Program-made: the position numbers and the translations under genes
DNA from: Nitrospirota bacterium
Lineage (GTDB): Bacteria; Nitrospirota; UBA9217
Direction: 5' to 3'
Assembly: GCA_963754875.1 (NCBI GenBank)
Contig: CAVWHO010000008.1
Coordinates: 288,001 to 352,000, forward strand
DNA: 64,000 nucleotides
Part shown: positions 1 to 9,153 of the stretch, piece after piece
How the letters are laid out: each line of letters begins with the position of its first letter
How positions within the stretch are numbered: the stretch's first letter is position 1
The notes under the pieces: generated by a model
The model's database searches: none
The model's input: only the letters and a program-made list of their open reading frames with translations
What the model was told of the DNA's origin: nothing

Positions 1-145
1 GACTCTTGCCGCGCACACGGGCTGAAGCGGGTGCTGCTAAAATGAGCGATTGCGCTAATTTTTGGCAGTGCATCCATAAACGAGTGTTAAAGACACGGGA
101 TACGTACAGCAACAAGTTCACGGCCATACCTGTCTAAGGAATTGA

Positions 146-174
146 TTGACAAAGCGTGATAGCGTCATTACAAT
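146..174 (+). promoter_or_regulatory. Sigma70-type promoter of the LysR gene
   Basis: TTGACA (146-151), 17 nt, TACAAT (169-174), 30 nt upstream of the GTG start. Confidence 0.75.
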
Positions 175-204
175 GGCATCGTTTTAGATGCATTTGGGGA
201 AAAA

Positions 205-1110
205 GTGGAAGATCACCGGCTGAGATCATATTGTCTCGTTGTCGAGACGAAAAGCTTTTCACGGGCGGCCCAGGCCAAACACATGACCCAGTCGGCCATG
301 AGCCGTCTGATAAAAGGTCTTGAAGACGAGCTGGGCGTCAAACTCTTGCTTCGCGAAGGCAAGACTGTCACCCCCACGTCTGAAGGAAAAATTTTCTACG
401 ACCATGCGAAAAAACTTCTGGAGGGCTACGTGCGGCTGGAGCAGGAAATCAACAGCGCCGCGGGCACTGCCAGGGGATCGCTGCGCCTGGGATCGAGCAG
501 AACGCCGGCCTTTCATCTCCTTACGCAGGCACTCTACGATTTTTCAAAAAAACATCCCGAGATCAGGATCGATTTGACCATCGCGAAAACCGAGGGCATA
601 CTGCGCAATCTTCGCGAAGGCCGGATCGACATCGGCATCGTGGAAAGCCGGGGCCTCGAAGAAAAGTTTTTTGCCGAAACGCTTGCCGAAGACGAGGTCG
701 TCCTGATTGCGCCGGAAAACCATCACCTCGCTGCAAAGAAATTGATCACCCTCCAGGACCTTGTGAGCCAGCCTTTCATCCTGCCGGGGGGCGGATCGGG
801 CACGCGGGCACTGGTTGACGATTTTTTTGAAGGACAGGGGATCGATGCGCGGCGGCTCAATGTGCGGATGACCGTGGGCAGCCCCGAATTCGTCGTCCAG
901 ATGGTCCGGGCGGGACTCGGCGTCGCCTTTGCGTCAAAATGGTCCGTGTTTTCAGCGGTCAAAGAAGGCACGGTGAAAGTGCTGCGGCTGCCGGGAAAGA
1001 AGATACTGCGCAAGTTCTATCTCGTGACCATAGACCGGGAGCCGGCCTCCGCCGCGGCACGGACCTTCAAAGAGTTCATCAAGCAGCACCGGTTCTTCAT
1101 CCCGTTCTAG
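205..1110 (+). CDS. LysR-family transcriptional regulator (CysL-like substrate-binding domain)
   Basis: N-terminal HTH (SFSRAAQAKHMTQSAMSRLIKGLEDELGVKLL), 301 aa, GSGTR motif and VRAGLGVAF in the C-domain. Confidence 0.95.
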   Translation: MEDHRLRSYCLVVETKSFSRAAQAKHMTQSAMSRLIKGLEDELGVKLLLREGKTVTPTSEGKIFYDHAKKLLEGYVRLEQEINSAAGTARGSLRLGSSRTPAFHLLTQALYDFSKKHPEIRIDLTIAKTEGILRNLREGRIDIGIVESRGLEEKFFAETLAEDEVVLIAPENHHLAAKKLITLQDLVSQPFILPGGGSGTRALVDDFFEGQGIDARRLNVRMTVGSPEFVVQMVRAGLGVAFASKWSVFSAVKEGTVKVLRLPGKKILRKFYLVTIDREPASAAARTFKEFIKQHRFFIPF

Positions 1111-1166
1111 GCGATGGAACTGCGCCGGGGGAACAATCCGTGGGGGCATAAATTTCTCGTGACGGA

Positions 1167-2435
1167 CTACGCGCTCTCGATGAAGATAGCTGCCGGGTCT
1201 TCGAGATACCCGAGAAGTCGTGTTAAAAATTTGGCCGCGCCTGCGCCGTCATTTACCCGGTGATCAAAGGTGAGCGAAAGAGGAAGGATCTTCCGCACCA
1301 CGATCTTGCCTCCTTTGACCCAAGGTTTGTCCGAAATTTTTCCTGTGCCGAGAATCGCGACGTCCGGATAGTTGATGATCGGCGTGGCAAAGGTTGATCC
1401 GTAGGTCCCGTAATTGGTAATCGTAAACGTGCTGCCCCTCAGGTCCTCAAGCTTGATCGTCCGTTCCCGGGCCTGTTTGCTCAAACTCTGGAGTTCCACG
1501 GCAAGCTCGTGGATGGTCTTCTTCTCGACGTTTTTAACCACGGTAACAATGAGCCCCTCGGCCGTGTCCACGGCAACGCCGATGTTGAAGTATTTTTTGA
1601 GTATGATCTCCTCGCGGTCTTCGTCAACGGAGGCGTTGAACGTGCCGAACTCCATGAGCGTATGCTGAACGGCCTTCATGAAAAAGGGCATGAAGGTCAG
1701 GTGCACCTCTTTATCTTCGAGCGCCTTCTTTTCGCGCGCCCGAAGGTCCCAGAGGTCGGTTATGTCAGCTTCGTCCGTTTCCGTTACCGAGGCTGCTGTC
1801 TTCTGTGCCAGGACAAGGTTCTTCGCAATCGTCTTTCTCAACCCCTTGATCGCCACCCGCTCGAATGGTCCATGCTGGTCTTCGTCTTTTGAGGGCAGCT
1901 TTGTTGCCTTGAGCACGTCCTCCCGGGTGATGCTTCCCCCGGGGCCTGTTCCCTTGACCTTATCGAGAGAGACACCCTGCTCCTTTGCAAAGGAACGGAC
2001 AGCCGGTACGGCGAGTACAACGTTTTCCTCGTGCTCCGGGAGTTCGCCGACAACAGAAACCGATTTCGGCCGCGCTGCCGCAGGCTTCACTTCCTCCTCT
2101 TCCTCAGGCAGCTCACCCACAACGGACACGGACTTGCGTGGCTCCGCAGGCTGAGGCTTCTCCCGTGCAGCGGCAGGCTGCTCGCCGATCTTCTCGCCCG
2201 CCTCACCGATGACCATGAGCACCTCGCCAACCTTGACCGTGTCGCCTTCTTCTCTGGAGAGTCTAAGGACCGTTCCCCCTTTGGGAGACGGAACTTCGAC
2301 GACGGCTTTGTCCGTCTCGATCTCGAGGACTGCCTGGTGCTCCTCAATGACCGCACCTGCCTTGACGAGCCATTTTCTGATTTCGCCTTCTGCGATGCCT
2401 TCGCCCAGGTCGGGCAGAATAAAATTGAATGCCAT
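1167..2435 (-). CDS. pdhC: Dihydrolipoamide acyltransferase (E2) of a 2-oxoacid dehydrogenase complex
   Basis: Single lipoyl domain (LPDLGEGI...ETDKAVVEVPSP), E3-binding GTGPGGSITREDV, catalytic DHRVNDG; start placed at MAFNF (2435). Confidence 0.93.
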   Translation of the reverse strand: MAFNFILPDLGEGIAEGEIRKWLVKAGAVIEEHQAVLEIETDKAVVEVPSPKGGTVLRLSREEGDTVKVGEVLMVIGEAGEKIGEQPAAAREKPQPAEPRKSVSVVGELPEEEEEVKPAAARPKSVSVVGELPEHEENVVLAVPAVRSFAKEQGVSLDKVKGTGPGGSITREDVLKATKLPSKDEDQHGPFERVAIKGLRKTIAKNLVLAQKTAASVTETDEADITDLWDLRAREKKALEDKEVHLTFMPFFMKAVQHTLMEFGTFNASVDEDREEIILKKYFNIGVAVDTAEGLIVTVVKNVEKKTIHELAVELQSLSKQARERTIKLEDLRGSTFTITNYGTYGSTFATPIINYPDVAILGTGKISDKPWVKGGKIVVRKILPLSLTFDHRVNDGAGAAKFLTRLLGYLEDPAAIFIESA

Positions 2436-2480
2436 GGCCAGAATCCCTTTCTCATGAACAGGAAACAATCAAAAAAGATA

Positions 2481-2645
2481 TTTTTCTCGCAGAGCCGCGG
2501 AGGACGCGGAGAAAATCTTTAATTTCCGGTTTGGAACCACAGGTCCGACTCTATCAGACTCACGGTAAAGAAAAGATGTTTACGCAGATTGCACAGATAA
2601 AATCCAAGACGTTCGAGTTACTCTGAACTCCGAACTTTGAACGCT
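2481..2645. repeat. Intergenic short-repeat patch (CGCRGAG-type 9-mer element plus GAACT heptamers)
   Basis: ttttctcgcagagccgcggaggacgcggagaaaa (about 2482-2515), cgcagattgcacagat, and tgaactc-cgaactt-tgaacgc (about 2624-2644). Confidence 0.6.
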
Positions 2646-2651
2646 ATTCTG

Positions 2652-3614
2652 TTAATACTGCAGCACCGTCTCGATGGCCTTTCGGATCCTCGCCACGTTC
2701 GGCAAATAATGGTCCTCGAGCTTGGGCAGCGGCAGGACGACATCGTACGACGTGACCCTGAGGATAGGCGCTTTGAGATGGAGCATGGCAAGCTCCGCGA
2801 TCGTTGCAGAAAGCTCCGCGCCCAGACCGCAGGTAGAAGGCGCTTCTTGCACGATCACGACCCGCCCTGTTTTCCTGACCGACTGAAGTACGGTCTCCTC
2901 ATCAAAGGGCGAGAGGGTCATGAGATCGATCACCTCTGCATTATATCCCTCCACTGCCTGCATCGTACGCTGGAGCATGCTTCCCCAGGCGATCACCGTG
3001 ACGTCCTTCCCTTCCCGGACGAGCCGCGCCTTTCCGAGGGGGACCGTGTAGTCGATCTCGGGCACATCTTCTTTGATCATCCGGTAGAGCCGGGTTGGTT
3101 CAAGAAAGATTACCGGGTCCGGATCCCTGATCGCGGAATGGAGCAGCCCCTTTGCAATGCGCGGCGAAGAAGGAACTACAACCTTCACACCCGGCATCTG
3201 GCAAAAGAGCGCTTCCGTGCTCTCGGAGTGATGTTCGAGGGCCTTCACGCCCCCGCCGTAGGGAGTGCGAATGACGAGAGAAGCGGTGAACCTTCCTCGC
3301 GACCGCGCCCGGATGCGGGCAGCATGCGAAAAGATCTGATCGATTGCCGAATAGATGAACCCCATGAACTGTATCTCGACCACGGGTTTCAGCCCGAACG
3401 CAGCCATACCGATTGCCGCACCCACTATCGCGGTCTCAGCGAGCGGAGTGTCAACGACGCGTTCAGCGCCGAAGCGGCCGAACAGTCCGTCGGTCACGCG
3501 GAAAACGCCGCCGTCCTTGCCCACGTCTTCGCCCAGGACGACCACGTCCTTGTCCCGCTCCATTTCTTCCCGCAATGCCAGGTTCAAGGCCTGGACCATA
3601 TTCATTGTCGCCAT
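2652..3614 (-). CDS. pdhB: 2-oxoacid (pyruvate) dehydrogenase E1 beta subunit
   Basis: GEDVGKDGGVFRVT, DTPLAE, EIQFMGF and EHHSES motifs; flanked by E1 alpha and E2. Confidence 0.93.
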   Translation of the reverse strand: MATMNMVQALNLALREEMERDKDVVVLGEDVGKDGGVFRVTDGLFGRFGAERVVDTPLAETAIVGAAIGMAAFGLKPVVEIQFMGFIYSAIDQIFSHAARIRARSRGRFTASLVIRTPYGGGVKALEHHSESTEALFCQMPGVKVVVPSSPRIAKGLLHSAIRDPDPVIFLEPTRLYRMIKEDVPEIDYTVPLGKARLVREGKDVTVIAWGSMLQRTMQAVEGYNAEVIDLMTLSPFDEETVLQSVRKTGRVVIVQEAPSTCGLGAELSATIAELAMLHLKAPILRVTSYDVVLPLPKLEDHYLPNVARIRKAIETVLQY

Positions 3615-3615
3615 A

Positions 3616-4671
3616 TCAGAAGTCCTTTAGTTGCCGTGCCTGCCTCTGTGAGAGGCCGGCTGAGGTGTAGGTGAACATGTCCCGCGGGTCGGGGGGCGGT
3701 GCTGTTTCGGCCTTCTTCTGGGCCTCGTCAACAGCGGCTTTTGAACGCGCTTCTACTTCTTTCTGATATGCGTCGGTCCAAACCCCTTTTTTCTCCATGA
3801 AAAGTTTCAGACGAAGGATGGGGTCCCTCGCTTTCCACATCTCGATCTCTTCTTTCGGCCGATACCGCGACGCATCGTCGGAGGTCGTGTGGTCCGCCAG
3901 GCGGTAGGTGAAACATTCGATCAATGTCGGGCCGCCTCCCTTCCTCGCCTTCTCGAGCGCGTCCTTCGTAGCCTTGTACACGGCGAAGATGTCGTTGCCG
4001 TCCACCTGGATGCCTTCAAAGCCGTAGGCAATCGCTTTCTGGGCAATCGTCTTTGACGAGGTTTGGCGCTCGCGCGGAAGCGATATGGCCCATTGATTGT
4101 TCTGGCAGAGGAACAGGACCGGAAGTTGGAAAACGCCGGCCATGTTCAGTCCCTCGTGAAAATCTCCCCGCGAGCTCCCGCCGTCACCGAAATAGGCGAG
4201 CGCAGCAGCACGGTCTTTGCGGTATTTTGCCGCCATTGCCGCGCCCACGGCATGGGGAATCTGGGTCCCCACCGGAATGGAGAGAGGGAACACGTTCATG
4301 GTGTCGGGGATCTTCATGCCCCTCTCGTCTCCTGCCCAGTACTGGAAGATCTGATCCATGGGCAAACCTTTGGCGAGGTACACGCCGCTTTCCCTGAACG
4401 TCGGGAACAGCCAGTCTGACTTCTCAGTTGCAAGAGCGGTCCCTATCTGCGAAGCCTCCTGCCCCAGAATAGAGGGGTACGTGCCGAGCCTTCCCTCCCG
4501 TTGGAGACTGAGCGCCCGCTGGTCAAAGGTTCGCACGAGGACGAGAAGCTCGTACATTCGCTTCAGTTCTTCGTCGGTAAATGACGGAGCGAGAGCGCTG
4601 TCCACGTTGCCCTTTTCATCGAGAATATCGAGACGCTTCACCTGATATGATTCAATGATTTTCTCCGGCAA
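3616..4671 (-). CDS. pdhA: 2-oxoacid (pyruvate) dehydrogenase E1 alpha subunit
   Basis: TPP motif FGDGGSS...QNNQWAIS and YRLADHTTSDD; TTG start with GGAGG RBS. Confidence 0.93.
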   Translation of the reverse strand: MPEKIIESYQVKRLDILDEKGNVDSALAPSFTDEELKRMYELLVLVRTFDQRALSLQREGRLGTYPSILGQEASQIGTALATEKSDWLFPTFRESGVYLAKGLPMDQIFQYWAGDERGMKIPDTMNVFPLSIPVGTQIPHAVGAAMAAKYRKDRAAALAYFGDGGSSRGDFHEGLNMAGVFQLPVLFLCQNNQWAISLPRERQTSSKTIAQKAIAYGFEGIQVDGNDIFAVYKATKDALEKARKGGGPTLIECFTYRLADHTTSDDASRYRPKEEIEMWKARDPILRLKLFMEKKGVWTDAYQKEVEARSKAAVDEAQKKAETAPPPDPRDMFTYTSAGLSQRQARQLKDF

Positions 4672-4788
4672 CTGCTGTTTCCTCCTATTATCTAAGGCAT
4701 TCCCTTCAGCCGCACACCCGCCCTGGCAGGCACCTGTTTTGCTTGCATTGTGGATGGAATATCATATTTAGCGACTTGGTATGTCTAA

Positions 4789-4817
4789 AGTATAATCAGG
4801 GGAAACAGGGAAGTCAA
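4789..4817 (-). promoter_or_regulatory. Sigma70-type promoter of the pdh operon
   Basis: Minus strand TTGACT, 17 nt, TATACT. Confidence 0.7.
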
Positions 4818-4927
4818 TGACAGCAAGGATTTTTTGTTCCGATTTACCCAATGATTTACAGAAATATGCTCCAAAGGGCGTGGATCAGAAATAGTGCGAG
4901 GAAGAAGAAGGAAGGTTCAGCTGTCTA

Positions 4928-5923
4928 CTAGCAGATTCTCGGCAATTGTTCGCCCTGAAGCATATCGATGATGCGCGTGCCTCCGATAGCGGTCTCGAGC
5001 AGCACGCCCCCTGATGGAGCGTCGACAATCTCTCCGATGATCGCGGTTTGTTGCCCGTGTTCGTGTTTTCGCATCGCTGTTACAATTGGTTCTGCATCTG
5101 TTGATTTGACAATGGCTATCAGTATCCCCTCGTTCGCCACAAAGAGCGGGTCGAGTCCGAGCAGCCTGCATGCGCCTTTCACTCCCTGCGCCACGGGCAG
5201 CGCTTGCTCCTTGATTCTGATGCACAACCGGGATTCCAATGCCGCTTCTTTGAGGGTTGTGGCAAGGCCGCCCCGGGTGGGGTCGCGCATGAAATGGATT
5301 TCGTTGGATACGCCGTACATGTTCTTGACAAGGCCATTGAGCGCGCGGGTATCGCTGATAACCGGCGGGGCAAAGGTGAGGCCGTTTCGTTCGGACATCA
5401 CTGCTACGCCGTGGCTCCCGATCTCGCCGCTCAGTATGACCTTGTCGCCCTGTTTGATCTGCGATGCCGATATCGTGCGTTCTCCGGGCAGGACCCCGAT
5501 GCCGGAGGTGTTAATAAAGACCCCGTCCGCCTTGCCCTTGTTCACGACCTTGGTGTCACCGGCCACGATCTTTACGCCTGCTTTTTGAGCGGCGACCGAC
5601 ATGGACGCTATGATCTTTTTCAAATCAGCGAAGGGAAAACCCTCCTCGATCACGAACCCACAGGTAAGGTACAGCGGCTCTGCACCGGACACAGCAAGAT
5701 CATTCACCGTGCCGTTTACTGCGAGTTCTCCGATATTGCCGCCGGGAAAGAAGAGCGGTGTAACAACGTAGGAATCGGTTGTGTAGGCAAGCCGGCTGGA
5801 AGAAACGTTCACTACAGCTGAATCGCCTGCTCCTTCGATGCCGAAGGCAGGTCCGAAGTGCTGTGAGATTAAATCATGCATGAGCTTGCCGCCGCTGCCG
5901 TGACCGAGTAGTATTCTATCCAA
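4928..5923 (-). CDS. hypE: Hydrogenase maturation carbamoyl dehydratase HypE
   Basis: HGSGG, TTDSYVV, GDTKVV, RDPTRGG, NEG and C-terminal PRIC. Confidence 0.97.
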   Translation of the reverse strand: MDRILLGHGSGGKLMHDLISQHFGPAFGIEGAGDSAVVNVSSSRLAYTTDSYVVTPLFFPGGNIGELAVNGTVNDLAVSGAEPLYLTCGFVIEEGFPFADLKKIIASMSVAAQKAGVKIVAGDTKVVNKGKADGVFINTSGIGVLPGERTISASQIKQGDKVILSGEIGSHGVAVMSERNGLTFAPPVISDTRALNGLVKNMYGVSNEIHFMRDPTRGGLATTLKEAALESRLCIRIKEQALPVAQGVKGACRLLGLDPLFVANEGILIAIVKSTDAEPIVTAMRKHEHGQQTAIIGEIVDAPSGGVLLETAIGGTRIIDMLQGEQLPRIC

Positions 5924-5933
5924 GACGTTCTCC

Positions 5934-6992
5934 TTAGTGATTTCCGTACTTATAATAGGCTGCGCAGCTTCCTTCGGTGCTTACCATACACGGGCCGACA
6001 GGTGCTTCGGGCGTGCATGCTGTTCCGAAGAGCGCGCATTCTGTCGGGATCTTGACCCCGCGCAGGATGTCTCCGCAGGAGCAGAGTTCCGGTTCTTTGG
6101 CAGTGGATACAGGCGGGTGGAACTTGACATTCGCATCGAATGCCGCGTACTTGTCTCTGAGCTTGAGGCCGCTTCCGGGCAGGACGCCGATCCCGCGCCA
6201 GTACGCGTCCGTGGGTTCAAAATACTTCTCAAGCAGGGCCACAGCGCGGGGGTTGCCTTCTTCGCGGACGACCTTGGTATATGCGATCTCGACAGCAGCT
6301 CTCTTCTGCGCGATCTGACGCACTATCATGAGGATGCCTTCAACGACCTCTTTGGCTTCAAATCCTGTTACAACGGACGGTATTTTGTACTGCGATGCCA
6401 CGAATTCGTAGGGTTTTGTGCCGATGATGGTACTGACGTGGCCCGGCAGGATAAAACCGTCGACCTGGACGTCAGGCGAATCAAGCAGCGCTTTTAAGGC
6501 AGGCGGTACGAGCTTGTGTGCCGCATAAATAGTAAAGTTTTTGGTCCCTGCCAGCTCGGCATGTGCCAGTGTGCCGGCTATGAGGGGTGATGTGGTCTCG
6601 AACCCGGTTGCGAAGAAAACAACGGTTTTGTCTTTTTCTTTTTGAGCAAGGGCCAGCGCGTCAATGGGAGAATAGAGGACCCGCACGTCTGCGCCTTCGG
6701 ACCGTGCTTCCAGGAGCGACTGCGTTCCTCCGGGTACCCGCATCATGTCTCCGAACGTGGCCATGATGACACCGGGGTTCTTGGCGATGGCAATGGACGC
6801 GTCCACGTCGTGCACCGACGTCACGCACACCGGGCAACCCGGCCCGCTCAAAAGGGTGATGTTCTTGGGGATCACGTCGCGGATGCCGTGTCGGAATATT
6901 TCCACGGTATGGGTGCCGCAGACTTCCATGAGCTTGATCTGTTTATTGATTCCCGCAGCGAGCTTATGCAGTTCTTTGAGCATTTCCTTCAT
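5934..6992 (-). CDS. hypD: Hydrogenase maturation protein HypD
   Basis: MEVCGTHT, GPGCPVC, GFETT, PGHVS and GPCMVSTEGSC motifs. Confidence 0.97.
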   Translation of the reverse strand: MKEMLKELHKLAAGINKQIKLMEVCGTHTVEIFRHGIRDVIPKNITLLSGPGCPVCVTSVHDVDASIAIAKNPGVIMATFGDMMRVPGGTQSLLEARSEGADVRVLYSPIDALALAQKEKDKTVVFFATGFETTSPLIAGTLAHAELAGTKNFTIYAAHKLVPPALKALLDSPDVQVDGFILPGHVSTIIGTKPYEFVASQYKIPSVVTGFEAKEVVEGILMIVRQIAQKRAAVEIAYTKVVREEGNPRAVALLEKYFEPTDAYWRGIGVLPGSGLKLRDKYAAFDANVKFHPPVSTAKEPELCSCGDILRGVKIPTECALFGTACTPEAPVGPCMVSTEGSCAAYYKYGNH

Positions 6993-7053
6993 ATATATAC
7001 TCCGCTCTTATCCAGTCTTTCTCCGTTCAGGTCGCCCTGGACAATGCCCTTGA

Positions 7054-7698
7054 CTACGATCTGAGCCCGTTCAGCCATTGAGCCCACTGGTCGATCCCTG
7101 CGCCGGTGGCGCAGGAGACTTCGAAGACCTTCAGTTTCGGATTGAGTGCCAAAGAATCGTTCCGCATCTTGTTAATGTCCGTGTTCATGTACGGCAGGAG
7201 GTCGACCTTGTTCAGGACCAGGGCCGAGGATTCCCGGAACATGAGCGGGTACTTGAGCGGCTTGTCGTGCCCCTCGGCCACGGACAGGACCATCATCTTC
7301 ACGTCTTCGCCGACCTTGAATTCGGCCGGGCAGACAAGGTTCCCCACATTCTCGATGATGAGGAGATCGAGGTCTTTAAGCGGCATCTCGTCCAGCACTC
7401 CACTAATCATGTTCGCGTCCAAATGGCAGGCGCCGCCCGTATTGATCTGGACCACCGGGATGTCGAGGGCGCTGATCCTCTCGGCATCGTCCGTGCCCAC
7501 GATGTCCCCTTCGATCACGCCGATCTTGATAAGGGGTTTCAGGGCCTTAATCGTACGCTCGAGGAGCGTGGTCTTCCCTGCTCCGGGCGCGCCCATGAGG
7601 TTGACGACGTAGACACCGGCTTCGTCAAACCGTTTCCGGTTCTCTTCGGCGATCCGGTCGTTGGCTTCGAGGATGCGCGTGACTACCTTAACTTTCAT
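7054..7698 (-). CDS. hypB: Hydrogenase nickel-insertion GTPase HypB
   Basis: GAPGAGKT, GGACHLDA, ENVGNLVCP and NKVD; no His-rich N-terminal extension. Confidence 0.97.
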   Translation of the reverse strand: MKVKVVTRILEANDRIAEENRKRFDEAGVYVVNLMGAPGAGKTTLLERTIKALKPLIKIGVIEGDIVGTDDAERISALDIPVVQINTGGACHLDANMISGVLDEMPLKDLDLLIIENVGNLVCPAEFKVGEDVKMMVLSVAEGHDKPLKYPLMFRESSALVLNKVDLLPYMNTDINKMRNDSLALNPKLKVFEVSCATGAGIDQWAQWLNGLRS

Positions 7699-7734
7699 GC
7701 AATCCCTTTCTTTAAAAGAAAAGCTAAAACCGGT

Positions 7735-7828
7735 CTCTCGCGGAGGCGCGGAGATCGCGGAGAAAGACCATCCTGCGTTGATTTAAGATGATAACTCTGC
7801 GCCTTCTGCGTCCTCTGCGGTGAAAAAA
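7735..7828. repeat. Oppositely oriented pair of CGCRGAG 9-mer repeat elements between hypA and hypB
   Basis: ctcgcggaggcgcggagatcgcggagaaa followed by ctctgcgccttctgcgtcctctgcggtgaaaaa; same motif family as 2481-2515. Confidence 0.65.
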
Positions 7829-7831
7829 TTA

Positions 7832-8374
7832 TCAGTTCGTCTCCATATCGAGGATTTCCATCTCGCGGCCCTGGGTGATCTCGTAGGACGTGGAGCCGCA
7901 ATGGGGACAGGACAGCACGTATTGGGCGTTGTCCGGCGCTTCAAACTCTTTTTTGCAATCTTTGCAGGTTCCCCCTACAGGCACGGTCTCGATCACGAGC
8001 TTTGCGTTCTTTGCTATGGTCGTGTCCTTGGACGCGTCAAAGGCGAAGACCAGGGCTTCGGGCAGGATGCCTGCGGCACGGCCGATCCGGAGCCTTATGG
8101 AGTCCACGGAGTTTATCCCTTCTTCCATGCATTTTGCCTGGACAATATCGATAATGCTCAAGGCTATGGATGCTTCGTGCATGATTTCTCCTGATTCGAG
8201 GCGTTCTTTTTCGAGCTTCTGGATCGCGAAGCCGGCATGGACCAGGACATAGTCCCCGATCCGCGGCTCTTCAGCAAGCAGCATGAGGCTTACCTGCCTC
8301 CTGGCGCCGAACACGTCGATGGTGGCAGTGAGATCTTCTATACTGATGACCCGTGAGGGAATGGCGAGGCACAT
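7832..8374 (-). CDS. hypC/hypA: HypC-HypA fusion protein
   Basis: Residues 1-64 are HypC (MCLAIP...GDYVLVHAGFAI); residue 65 onward is HypA (MHE, CKDC...CPHC, GREM); no stop codon between them. Confidence 0.92.
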   Translation of the reverse strand: MCLAIPSRVISIEDLTATIDVFGARRQVSLMLLAEEPRIGDYVLVHAGFAIQKLEKERLESGEIMHEASIALSIIDIVQAKCMEEGINSVDSIRLRIGRAAGILPEALVFAFDASKDTTIAKNAKLVIETVPVGGTCKDCKKEFEAPDNAQYVLSCPHCGSTSYEITQGREMEILDMETN

Positions 8375-8427
8375 GGGGCGATCCTGTCTTAAAACATGTT
8401 AATCGGAACAAAGATGCGGGACGTTGG

Positions 8428-8456
8428 AATATCCCACAGAATACCGGTTGTGTCAA
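8428..8456 (-). promoter_or_regulatory. Putative sigma70 promoter of the hyp operon
   Basis: Minus strand TTGACA, 17 nt, GATATT, with TG one base upstream of the -10. Confidence 0.5.
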
Positions 8457-8523
8457 GTCTTGTATGGGTTTTCGTCAGAGGTGAACTCAGTTAAATGGAA
8501 CGAGCATAACACTTAAAATCCAT

Positions 8524-8612
8524 AAGGGGAAAGGGAGAAATTGAAATGCGAAAGGGGGAAAGAAGCTATTAGCTTTCTCCCCATTTCTCCATCTTTTTCC
8601 CCCATTTCTCCT
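8524..8612. repeat. Purine-tract / pyrimidine-tract imperfect inverted repeat downstream of the hydrogenase operon
   Basis: aaggggaaagggagaaa...aaagggggaaagaagct followed by agctttctccccatttctcc...tttttcccccatttctcc. Confidence 0.55.
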
Positions 8613-8645
8613 GAGAGGTTTTTAATTAAGATCACTTGTGCAGTT

Positions 8646-9152
8646 TCACAGTGCCTGGATTTTTTTCAGCTCTTCGAAGATCAGCTCTTTGACCTTCGGG
8701 ATCACGGCCTTGACCGGCTCGGTGAGCTCCAAAGACCAGTTGGACACGTCTTTGGGCTGGACAGCGATGATGACGGTCTTGGGCTTGCTCCCGGTAAGCT
8801 CTGCCATATTAAGGACGTCGATCAGGCTGATCTGGTGGAGCGATACCATCTGCTCTTTGGTGTACTGCAGGTCTTCCGGACTGAAGCGAAAGATGGACCC
8901 GGGCGTGTCTTTGGCATCGACCACGTCGATGATGATGAGGTGGTCGATTTCATGCAGCAGCGGGATGAGCTGGTGGCTTACGGTCCCGGCTTCGAGTATC
9001 TGGACGTTCGGGGGAAAGGGGGTATCCGCGAGGGAGTTGATCAGGTGTACGCCAAAACCGTCATCACCAAGCAGGAGATTGCCGACGCCTAAGAGTAAAA
9101 CTTTTCGGGGAGGCGCGGTAACGCCTCCCCGGAGCTGTTCTTCTTTCTTCAT
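8646..9152 (-). CDS. Hydrogenase maturation endopeptidase (HyaD/HybD family)
   Basis: LGVGNLLLGDDGFG, EAGT and SLHQ motifs; last gene of the hydrogenase operon. Confidence 0.95.
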   Translation of the reverse strand: MKKEEQLRGGVTAPPRKVLLLGVGNLLLGDDGFGVHLINSLADTPFPPNVQILEAGTVSHQLIPLLHEIDHLIIIDVVDAKDTPGSIFRFSPEDLQYTKEQMVSLHQISLIDVLNMAELTGSKPKTVIIAVQPKDVSNWSLELTEPVKAVIPKVKELIFEELKKIQAL

Positions 9153-9153
9153 C

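Noticed and set aside
2637..3674. Long antisense ORFs (also 13236-14465, 49382-50617, 8638-9525 and others)
   Set aside because: They are shadows of well-supported genes on the opposite strand in GC-rich coding DNA and have no recognisable motifs.
4928..8374. Absence of hypF as a sign of a defective maturation pathway
   Set aside because: hypF is often encoded elsewhere; this cannot be judged from one window.
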